This document shows positions 1-6,678 of a stretch of DNA of 32,000 bases, piece by piece. The DNA comes from an uncultured Gammaproteobacteria bacterium (GTDB taxonomy: Bacteria > Patescibacteriota > Microgenomatia > UBA1406 > GWC2-37-13). The stretch is from assembly GCA_964632205.1 (NCBI GenBank), contig CAZWBE010000002.1, forward strand, positions 1-32,000. The letters are read 5' to 3'. A model generated the notes under the pieces. It was not told where the DNA came from. It saw only the letters and a program-made list of their open reading frames with translations, and ran no database searches. The stretch's first letter is position 1. Every line of letters starts with the position of its first letter. The translations under genes were made by a program, and so were the position numbers.

Positions 1-36
1 TTTACGGCTGCGGAGGTTCGAATCCTCCCCCCTGGA
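1..36 (+). tRNA. 3' portion of a tRNA gene truncated by the window edge (isotype undetermined)
   Basis: T-arm GGAGG/TTCGAAT/CCTCC at 12-28, then the 7-nt 3' acceptor strand CCCCTGG (29-35) and discriminator A36. CCA is not encoded (next bases CAG). Bases 1-11 may belong to a long variable arm. The D-arm and anticodon lie outside the window. Confidence 0.6.
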
Positions 37-55
37 CAGGATTGGATTTGAAGAG
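31..55. repeat. Direct repeat copy 1 (CCTGGACAGGATTGGATTTGAAGAG), overlapping the last 6 nt of the tRNA
   Basis: 24/25 identical to 2076-2100. The perfect 21-nt core GACAGGATTGGATTTGAAGAG is at 35-55. Confidence 0.85.
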
Positions 56-202
56 TAATGACATTGAAGGAGATTGAAAAAGAAGTAATGGTCTTAGCCA
101 GAAAAGAGAGAGATTTATGCTAAATTATATGAAGTTTTATCTTAAAAAAAGAAAAGGAAAAGTGCCGAAATATTCAATGAAAAAATCAAACAATGAAAAA
201 AA

Positions 203-808
203 TCAAGCTTTACTAATGAAGGGTAGAAAAAGAAAAAATAAAAAAATAAAGTACTCCCACCATGTTAACAAAATAAAGCATAAGATATAAGACAAATATC
301 GCCATTTCATTGGTTTAATAAAAAATGTTGTTTTTAAAAAATAATCAGACACTAATGTTGGCCCGAGAAGACTTGAAAGAAACTTCATTTTAGTTTCAAT
401 TCTCATATTTAATAAACTCTCTCCAATAGTTTGATTGTCGTTTAACAATGAGACAAAAAATATATAGATAAACCATACAAAAAATGAAAAAAACCACCAT
501 AATAATGAACCGATTGGTGATTCTTGAGATAGAATATTATTTAGAATATTATTTATTATTATTAGAGAAAAAATAAAAAAAATACCGGCGAAGAAAAAAT
601 CTATACTTGAGATAACTAATCTTGTTACAATATGTTCAAGTGAATAGATTTTTACTTTTTTCTCAAAAATTTTATCTTCTTTAATAATATTTTGTAATTT
701 ATGGTTACTTTCATCGTATGAATAATCTTTTTTTATTAATCTATCTCCGCAATATTTACAATATTTAGCATTCTTTATGTTTTGTTTACCGCAGTTGTTG
801 CAAAACAT
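203..808 (-). CDS. Zinc-ribbon plus RDD-like multi-pass membrane protein
   Basis: 201-aa ORF. N-terminal CxxC-x10-CxxC ribbon (FCNNCGKQNIKNAKYCKYCG), then several hydrophobic segments with an RDD-like R..xxxD motif (RLVISSIDFFF). Confidence 0.7.
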   Translation of the reverse strand: MFCNNCGKQNIKNAKYCKYCGDRLIKKDYSYDESNHKLQNIIKEDKIFEKKVKIYSLEHIVTRLVISSIDFFFAGIFFIFSLIIINNILNNILSQESPIGSLLWWFFSFFVWFIYIFFVSLLNDNQTIGESLLNMRIETKMKFLSSLLGPTLVSDYFLKTTFFIKPMKWRYLSYILCFILLTWWEYFIFLFFLFLPFISKA

Positions 809-814
809 ATTTTT

Positions 815-820
815 ATTATA
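815..820 (-). promoter_or_regulatory. -10 box TATAAT (minus strand) 6 nt upstream of the ATG of 203..808
   Basis: The plus strand reads ATTATA at 815-820, with 6 nt (809-814) before the start codon at 808-806. The same ATTATAAT core gives a plus-strand TATAAT at 817-822 facing 843..1712. No clear -35 box. Confidence 0.4.
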
Positions 821-842
821 ATCAACCTGCTAAAATTTCTTT

Positions 843-1712
843 ATGGAATTTAATTTTAATAAGATCAGGCATAGAAATGAAAGATTATATTTAATTCTAA
901 GCTTTATAATAATTTTAATTATCTTAATAACTACAAACCTATTTAATGGTTTTATTTACGCAATATTATTTTTATTGTGGATAATATTTAATATTATAAT
1001 TTTACAAAGAAAATACTTAGGTAATGCTTTAAGAGTTAGTGATAAGCATTTCTACAGAGTCAATATAATAGTTGATAATTTATGTAAAAAAATCAGGATA
1101 AAAAAACCAAATATCTACATTACATATGATCCTTATCCAAACGCTTTTGCTTTTGGATTTATCCATCCATACAATATTGTTTTAAACTCCTCACTTGTAG
1201 AAAATTTAAGTGAAGATGAATTAGAGACAGTTATTGCTCATGAATTAGGTCATATATATTTCAAACATACAAAAATTTTAACCATATTTAATACAATGAG
1301 TAATGATATTTTTTATAAATTTTTTCTTCAATTAATCCTTATCGGTTTTTGGTATAGAGCAACAGAATATACCTGCGATAATTTTTCTTTAATTTTAACG
1401 AAAAATCCTCAAGCTATAATATCAAGTTTAATTAAAATCTATATAAGCATAAAACATGAAGAGAAAATTGATGAAGAGCAAATCCTTGAACAATTTAAAA
1501 TGAGTAAAAAAGATTTATTTAGCATTCTTGGAGAATTAAGCGAAACTCATCCATATTTTGTAAAACGAGTAAATAATATTATTGAACAATACAAGAAATT
1601 AGGTTACGAGTATTTCAAAAGAGGAAGTAATATTTATTGCGTTAATTGTGGAAAGAAGATAGATCCAAATTCAAAATATTGTATTTATTGTGGTTACTTA
1701 ATTTCATATTAA
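843..1712 (+). CDS. M48-family (HtpX/Ste24-like) zinc metallopeptidase with C-terminal zinc ribbon
   Basis: 289-aa ORF. N-terminal TM segments, HELGH (HExxH), a downstream glutamate in ATEYTCD, and THPYFVKRV, which matches the M48 THPxxxxR signature. The C-terminal ribbon is CxxC-x10-CxxC (YCVNCGKKIDPNSKYCIYCG). Confidence 0.8.
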   Translation: MEFNFNKIRHRNERLYLILSFIIILIILITTNLFNGFIYAILFLLWIIFNIIILQRKYLGNALRVSDKHFYRVNIIVDNLCKKIRIKKPNIYITYDPYPNAFAFGFIHPYNIVLNSSLVENLSEDELETVIAHELGHIYFKHTKILTIFNTMSNDIFYKFFLQLILIGFWYRATEYTCDNFSLILTKNPQAIISSLIKIYISIKHEEKIDEEQILEQFKMSKKDLFSILGELSETHPYFVKRVNNIIEQYKKLGYEYFKRGSNIYCVNCGKKIDPNSKYCIYCGYLISY

Positions 1713-1814
1713 AATTTTTTTATTATTTTAATTAATTAAATTACAGGATAAAGATGTTCTTTTCCTCCAAAAATATTAAATAAATATGTACACCGAAATG
1801 AAGGGTGGGTAAAA

Positions 1815-2012
1815 TTAATCTTCCTTCCCTGATTTAGTAACTCCTTTTCCGGTGATTGGATCTCCACCTTTTTTAGGGCTAGTTTGACCTATTTGACGCC
1901 ATACTTCTTCTTGGGCAGGTTTTGTAGACTTACCAGTTATTTTTTCCACTTGCATTGTGAAAGCAAGTTTTTTTAATAATAGTGAAAGAAAGCTTTTTTC
2001 CATTTCTACCAT
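1815..2012 (-). CDS. Small lysine/glycine-rich hypothetical protein (65 aa from the first ATG)
   Basis: The track ORF (1815..2027) begins at an upstream TTG. The first ATG (MVEMEKS...) is at 2012, preceded by TATAAT. I recognised no family. The coding region is locally more GC-rich than its flanks. Confidence 0.4.
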   Translation of the reverse strand: MVEMEKSFLSLLLKKLAFTMQVEKITGKSTKPAQEEVWRQIGQTSPKKGGDPITGKGVTKSGKED

Positions 2013-2017
2013 TTTTT

Positions 2018-2039
2018 TATTATACAATTATTATACAAT
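2018..2039. repeat. Perfect 11-bp tandem duplication (TATTATACAAT x2)
   Basis: 2018-2028 equals 2029-2039. On the minus strand this gives two tandem TATAAT boxes (2024-2019 and 2035-2030). Confidence 0.85.
2019..2024 (-). promoter_or_regulatory. -10 box TATAAT (minus strand) 6 nt upstream of the ATG at 2012
   Basis: Minus strand reads TATAAT-AAAAAA-ATG. A weak -35 (AGGACA) lies 17 nt upstream. Confidence 0.4.
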
Positions 2040-2075
2040 GTTGTCCTTATAGAAAGTTCTAACATCGTCCACGAG

Positions 2076-2100
2076 CCTAGACAGGATTGGATTTGAAGAG
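2076..2100. repeat. Direct repeat copy 2 (CCTAGACAGGATTGGATTTGAAGAG)
   Basis: 24/25 identical to 31-55, and 2045 bp downstream of copy 1. Confidence 0.85.
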
Positions 2101-2272
2101 AAAATAATACTAATTTAGGGTTTTCATCCCCTCTTATAAAAATTGCAACCTCTTCAGAAGTTATTCTACTTGATGTTTCTTTTTTAATGGAAATATAAAT
2201 ATAAATAAAAATAATAGCTGCTTCATTATATAAGTTTTTTTAAAGTTTGGGATGGTATTATTTTTTATTTTC

Positions 2273-2300
2273 CTTGAAGAATTGAACTTGAAGAATTGAA
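2273..2300. repeat. Perfect 14-bp tandem duplication (CTTGAAGAATTGAA x2) upstream of the hyp-like operon
   Basis: 2273-2286 equals 2287-2300. It shares the TTGAAGA core with the 25-nt direct repeat (TTTGAAGAG). Confidence 0.8.
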
Positions 2301-2442
2301 ACGTTGTTTTTTTATTCGGCTGTAATCTAATTGATTGAGGTTTATCTTAATAGATTTTTTTTATAATAATATAAAATATTTTTTTAAATTACTTAGTAAA
2401 AGAGAGTGTATTTGGAAAATAGTTTTTCTTAATTATTTTAAA

Positions 2443-2613
2443 ATGTGTTTTATTAGACCTTTAAAAATAAAACAAATTGATGGGAAAAAAATCATTCTTG
2501 AAAATGGGATTGAAGCATATTATCATAAAAAGATAGGTGAGCTTAAAATTGGTGATTCAGTCGTCGTCTACGGAAATTTAGTTCTTAATAAAATTTATGA
2601 GCCAAAAAGATAA
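2443..2613 (+). CDS. hypC: HypC/HupF-family [NiFe]-hydrogenase maturation chaperone, miniature (56 aa)
   Basis: An internal ATG gives the N-terminus MCFIRPLKIKQIDG, which matches the HypC MC(I/L)xxPxxI..IDG signature with the essential Cys2. The distal IGDSVVVYGNLVL resembles the HypC GDwVLVHVGFA strand. The upstream 36 codons of the track ORF (TTG at 2335) are low-complexity. Confidence 0.6.
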   Translation: MCFIRPLKIKQIDGKKIILENGIEAYYHKKIGELKIGDSVVVYGNLVLNKIYEPKR

Positions 2614-3556
2614 AGATAGTTTAAAAAAAGGGGTTTTATTAGCTTTGATAGCCGCTATCATCTCAGGATTTGCTATTTTTTATTCCAAATTTGCCGTGGC
2701 TAAAATTCCTCCTTTAATTTTAACTACCTCAAGAAATATGACAGCGGCAGTCTTATTAATGGTGAGTTATTTTTTATTATTAAGACGAAGACAAGAACTG
2801 AAAAATTTAAAAAAAGAAGATGCGATTAAATTGGTGCTTATTGGCATTATTGGTGGTGCTTTACCTTTTTACCTTTTCTTTAGCGGGTTGCAATTAGTTA
2901 AAGCGCCGATAGCTAATCTTATTCATAAAACGCTTTTTATTTGGGTGACTTTTCTTGCCGTGGTCTTTCTTAAAGAAAAGCTTAATTTAGGCTACATTAT
3001 TGCTTTTATTTTAATTTTTATAGGAAATTTTTATTTTGCCAAAATTCCCACGTCTTTTGGCAAAGGAGAATTGTTGATTTTAATTGCCACTCTTTTTTGG
3101 TCGGTGGAGAATATTTTGGCGAAAAAAGTTTTAAAGAACGTTTCCTCTGAATTAGTCGGTTTGTCGCGGATGGGGATTGGGTCGTTAATTCTAGTAGCGG
3201 CGTTAATCACCACCGGACAATTGGGGAAATTATCTGCGATTAACAGTCAGCAATTAACAGTGATTTTAATTGGGGGGACAATTTTATTTTTTTATGTTTA
3301 TTTTTGGTATAAGGCTTTAAAATACGCACCTGCTAGTTTGGCAACATTAATCTTAACTTTTTCGGTGGTAGTGGGTAATATTTTAACCGGGGCTTTTGCC
3401 GGAGTGAAAATTTTACCAAAAGATCTTTATTCATCATTTTTAATTATAATTGCCACGATTATTCTTTATTTTGTAGCCACACACCAACCCGCCTACGACC
3501 TGCCAGGTCGTAAGCGGAGCCTGGCAACAATCCGAAAGTCAGCTAAAAATGGATAA
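2597..3556 (+). CDS. EamA/DMT-superfamily permease (about 10 TM segments)
   Basis: 319-aa ORF with two repeated 5-TM halves typical of EamA domains. Its start overlaps the hypC-like stop by 17 nt, and its stop overlaps the next start by 8 nt. Confidence 0.75.
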   Translation: MSQKDKDSLKKGVLLALIAAIISGFAIFYSKFAVAKIPPLILTTSRNMTAAVLLMVSYFLLLRRRQELKNLKKEDAIKLVLIGIIGGALPFYLFFSGLQLVKAPIANLIHKTLFIWVTFLAVVFLKEKLNLGYIIAFILIFIGNFYFAKIPTSFGKGELLILIATLFWSVENILAKKVLKNVSSELVGLSRMGIGSLILVAALITTGQLGKLSAINSQQLTVILIGGTILFFYVYFWYKALKYAPASLATLILTFSVVVGNILTGAFAGVKILPKDLYSSFLIIIATIILYFVATHQPAYDLPGRKRSLATIRKSAKNG

Positions 3557-4319
3557 TCAAGGCATACTTCTTTGTGCTAAATACGCCGTTTCTCCCAATT
3601 TTTTTGGTTATTGTGGTCCTGATAAAAATTTAAGTTTAGTTGACCACCTAAAAGAAAGTATTGCCGATGATGAATTGGTGGCGATTCTTTCTGATTTTGA
3701 AACCTTATTTCCCTATCTTCAATTAATTGCTCGCCAAAATAAAATTACCGATCCATTTGATCGGCGGGTAGTAGAAGCTTACTGGCTTGGCAATAATTTC
3801 TTAAAACCGACAACAGCTTTAGAGTATGAGGCGTTTGCAAAAGAAAAATTATTATTGGCAGGTAAGTTATCAAAAGATGATTTTTTAAATCTAAAGTTAA
3901 AAATTAACCGGTTAAAATTTATTCCTCATCATGCTTTTCATGTTTTTAATATCTTCAAAAGAACTGGTCATGACTCAAGTTTCCATACCATCAAAACCAT
4001 GGATGAGTGTCGGATTGGTTGGGGTAAGATAATTAAAATTCAAAAATCGAAAATCAAAAATTACAATGAAAAATTAAAAATTAATTCGGTTATAATTGAA
4101 ACCAAAACTTTAATCATTAAAGACGATCAATTAGCTTTATCTAAATCGTTTAGTAGAGAATTAAAAGTTGATTATAAGGGTAAGATTTTTGTCAATAATT
4201 TAAATATTGGTGATTGGATAAGTTTTCATTGGGGATTTGTTTGTGATAAATTAACCGCCAAACAGGTAGCCAATTTAGAATTTTATACACAAAAAGCAAT
4301 TGATTTTTATAATCTATGA
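3549..4319 (+). CDS. Uncharacterized conserved protein with a HypC-like C-terminal segment (possibly the family catalogued as DUF6390; from memory, unverified)
   Basis: 256-aa ORF. The N-terminal motif AKYAVSPNFFGYCGP and RVVEAYWLGN recall conserved hypothetical proteins seen next to hydrogenase and hyp genes. The C-terminal IGDWISFHWGFVCDKL resembles the HypC GDWVLVHVGFA motif. It is translationally coupled on both sides. Confidence 0.6.
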   Translation: MDNQGILLCAKYAVSPNFFGYCGPDKNLSLVDHLKESIADDELVAILSDFETLFPYLQLIARQNKITDPFDRRVVEAYWLGNNFLKPTTALEYEAFAKEKLLLAGKLSKDDFLNLKLKINRLKFIPHHAFHVFNIFKRTGHDSSFHTIKTMDECRIGWGKIIKIQKSKIKNYNEKLKINSVIIETKTLIIKDDQLALSKSFSRELKVDYKGKIFVNNLNIGDWISFHWGFVCDKLTAKQVANLEFYTQKAIDFYNL

Positions 4320-4648
4320 AAATCTATGTTTTTGGCAATCCGTTAGTTAAAGAAGACTGTCTTCCTTTAGAGTTGAGTAATCAGCTAAAAAATAAATTTA
4401 AAGAAATTGAATTTATTCCGGCTGACCCTAATGAAAATTTTCCTCCCAAAGGAGAGAAAGATTTAGTCATTCTCGATACTGTCAAAGGGATAAAAAAACC
4501 AATGTTATTAGATTTAGATGATTTTGAGAAGAAAAAAAAGACTCCATTATCTCCTCATGATTACGATCTTTTATTTCACCTTCTCCTTTTAAAAAAACTA
4601 AAAAAAATTAACAAAGTGTTGATTATTGGCGTTCCTTTTTGCGAATAA
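4316..4648 (+). CDS. [NiFe]-hydrogenase maturation endopeptidase (HycI/HybD-like), miniature (110 aa)
   Basis: GNPLVKEDCLP matches GNxLxxDDGxG. VILDTV and LSPHDYDL supply the Asp and His of the metal-binding triad. ATGA start/stop overlap with the upstream gene. Confidence 0.65.
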   Translation: MKIYVFGNPLVKEDCLPLELSNQLKNKFKEIEFIPADPNENFPPKGEKDLVILDTVKGIKKPMLLDLDDFEKKKKTPLSPHDYDLLFHLLLLKKLKKINKVLIIGVPFCE

Positions 4649-4663
4649 GATTTTTTTAAAAGA

Positions 4664-5974
4664 TTATAGCCATTTTACCTTTAAAAAATGAGCCGCACAA
4701 CTCATACATGGATCAAAAGCACGAATAAATTTTTCCGCCTCATAAATAATTTTTTCTTTTGAAGCCCCCTCTTGCAGTAAATTTTCAACAATTTGATGAA
4801 TGCCTTTTTCCATAATAATTTGATTTTGTCCCGTTGGGACGACAATTTCTGCTTGTTTAATTAATCCTTCTTTGCTAATTTCTAATTTATGATAAAGAGT
4901 ACCCCTGGGAGCTTCAATAACCCCCACCCCTATTGATTCAATTAGATTAATTTTTAGGAGTTTTTCTTCTTTAATCTCCGAAAGATTGTTGATTAGTGAG
5001 TAAGCCATATCAATGGCGTGGAGAACTTCAATTGCTTGAGCTAAATTATTGTCAAATAAATTAGATGAAGGAAAATGTTCTAAATATTTTTTAACCTCAA
5101 TTTTTGTTTGAGGATGAAGTTTATCTTTGGATAAATTAATTCTTGCCAAGGCGCCAGTCATTAAATAATGATTATCTAATAAAAAACCGCGGGCTTGAGA
5201 ATAGGGGATGATTACACCCTTAAGATGATTACCAAAATCTTTTTCTTCAATAATTTTTCCGTTACTGGTATGGATTTTCCCATCCAAAAAAGAAAAATCA
5301 TCCGAGACTAAACTAGAAAAAATAAAAGGGAATCGGGGAATGAATCGCCAGGAAGAATTAAAAAAAATCTCCATCAGTCTCAATATCTTTGGTCTGATTT
5401 TTTCCATTTCAGGAAGAAGTTTTTTTAATTCTTCAATTTTAGGCAATTTAGAAAAGCCGCCAATCGTTGGGTATGGGGCATGAACTGAGCGACCGCCAAC
5501 AATAATTGATAATTGATTACCAATTTCCTTAACAGCAAAAGCATCTTCCAGTAATTGATGTTCAACGAGAATATTTTCATTAAAATCAAGAATCGACTCT
5601 TTACCAAAATAATCAGGGAGACTAAAGATATAGAGATGAAGAGCATGATCGCGAATGATTAATCCCAGAAAAAGCAGTTTTCGTAAAAGAAGGGTTTGAA
5701 AAGAGGGAGTGATATTTAGAGCTTTTTCTATTGCTTCAATGGCGCATAAAAGATGAGCATTGGAACAAGTACCGCAAATGCGTGATAGAAGTTGGGGCAC
5801 GGCTAAAACGGGTTTTCCCTCAACTGCTTGGGTATAAAATCTTTTCCATTCGGAAATATTAAATCTCAACTCCTCAATTTTTTTATTTCTTACCTTTATT
5901 TCCAATGAAGCCGCCCCCTCAATTTTTGAGATTTCAGATAGGTTGATGTCAAAATCAACATCAGATTGATGCAT
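4664..5974 (-). CDS. [NiFe]-hydrogenase large (catalytic) subunit, group 3-like
   Basis: 436 aa. N-terminal RICGTCSNAH (RxCGxCxxxH) and C-terminal DPCMSCAAH (DPCxxCxxH), followed by a 7-residue tail FLKVKWL that could be the protease-cleaved extension. Confidence 0.9.
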   Translation of the reverse strand: MHQSDVDFDINLSEISKIEGAASLEIKVRNKKIEELRFNISEWKRFYTQAVEGKPVLAVPQLLSRICGTCSNAHLLCAIEAIEKALNITPSFQTLLLRKLLFLGLIIRDHALHLYIFSLPDYFGKESILDFNENILVEHQLLEDAFAVKEIGNQLSIIVGGRSVHAPYPTIGGFSKLPKIEELKKLLPEMEKIRPKILRLMEIFFNSSWRFIPRFPFIFSSLVSDDFSFLDGKIHTSNGKIIEEKDFGNHLKGVIIPYSQARGFLLDNHYLMTGALARINLSKDKLHPQTKIEVKKYLEHFPSSNLFDNNLAQAIEVLHAIDMAYSLINNLSEIKEEKLLKINLIESIGVGVIEAPRGTLYHKLEISKEGLIKQAEIVVPTGQNQIIMEKGIHQIVENLLQEGASKEKIIYEAEKFIRAFDPCMSCAAHFLKVKWL

Positions 5975-6047
5975 AAAAATAAAATTGAAAGTTAAAAATC
6001 TAAAATTAAAAATAACAACTGGAAATTTTAAATTGACAAAAAATAGC

Positions 6048-6518
6048 TTATATAAATAAATACTTATTTAACACCTTTAAAAAAAGTTCCTCATTCATAG
6101 GACAACCTGGGACGATTTCATCAACTTGAACGACATCGGCGATTTTTAAAACTTTTTCTTTATATGTAAATTTCTCCAAAATCGGTTTAATTCTTTCTAG
6201 CTGTTTTTGATTAAAAAAATTTCTTTGATTAGCTGGCGAACCTAGTACGGCACAGGAACCAATTGCCACTAAAATTTTTGCCTGTTGACGAATTTTTTTC
6301 AGTTTTTCTTCTTGGATGTTAGAAGTGATGGCTCCTTCAACAAAGGCGATATCCATCGGTTTAATATTTTCATCTTCTTTTTTAAAAATTCTGGCGTGAA
6401 CAAATTCAATTTTTTTAAACCAAACCTGATAGTTTTTATTTAAAAGCTCGGTGAAAATAATCGTTGAATCTTCACAGCAAGTGAAGCTGAACCAACCGAT
6501 TTTAAGTTTTTGGGACAT
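6048..6518 (-). CDS. [NiFe]-hydrogenase small subunit, proximal-cluster domain only (156 aa)
   Basis: KIGWFSFTCCEDS, DIAFVEGAITS, IGSCAVLGS and VPGCPMN align (from memory) with the N-terminal roughly 150 aa of group 3b delta subunits such as Pyrococcus HydD. The ORF ends right after GCP, so there is no medial- or distal-cluster Cys-rich region. Confidence 0.8.
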   Translation of the reverse strand: MSQKLKIGWFSFTCCEDSTIIFTELLNKNYQVWFKKIEFVHARIFKKEDENIKPMDIAFVEGAITSNIQEEKLKKIRQQAKILVAIGSCAVLGSPANQRNFFNQKQLERIKPILEKFTYKEKVLKIADVVQVDEIVPGCPMNEELFLKVLNKYLFI

Positions 6519-6524
6519 GTTTTT

Positions 6525-6533
6525 ATTGTAGCA
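6525..6533 (-). promoter_or_regulatory. Extended -10 promoter TGcTACAAT, 6 nt upstream of the small-subunit ATG
   Basis: Minus strand reads TGCTACAAT-AAAAAC-ATG (ATG at 6518-6516). No Shine-Dalgarno sequence is possible in a 6-nt spacer. Confidence 0.45.
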
Positions 6534-6678
6534 AATTTATAACAATTTCTGATATATTAATAAAATAATCAGAGCTTAAAAAATTTTAAATTTGAAAACT
6601 GAGTAATTATCAATCTTACAATTTGGCTATAAATTATGCTGCTGAACTCGAGGTTTTATATTTAATTTTAAAATATCT

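Noticed and set aside
1-36. Assigning an isotype to the tRNA fragment, or flagging its implied C1-G72/C2-G71 acceptor end as unusual
   Set aside because: Only the T-arm and 3' acceptor strand are visible. The 5' strand, anticodon and variable arm are outside the window, so any isotype or identity-element claim would be speculation.
58-123. 21-codon ORF (MTLKEIEKEVMVLARKERDLC) just after direct-repeat copy 1
   Set aside because: It is too short, matches no recognisable family and cannot be tested for conservation here. It may be a gene remnant, so it is not called.
56-2075. Calling the repeat-bracketed cassette a mobile element or genomic island feature
   Set aside because: No integrase, transposase or excisionase is present and no terminal inverted repeats were seen. 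It is reported only as an att-like observation, not annotated as a mobile element.
2335-2442. N-terminal 36 codons of the track ORF 2335..2613 (TTG start, MRFILIDFFYNNIKYFF...)
   Set aside because: The peptide is low-complexity and driven by AT-rich sequence. HypC-family proteins must begin Met-Cys, which occurs at the internal ATG at 2443.
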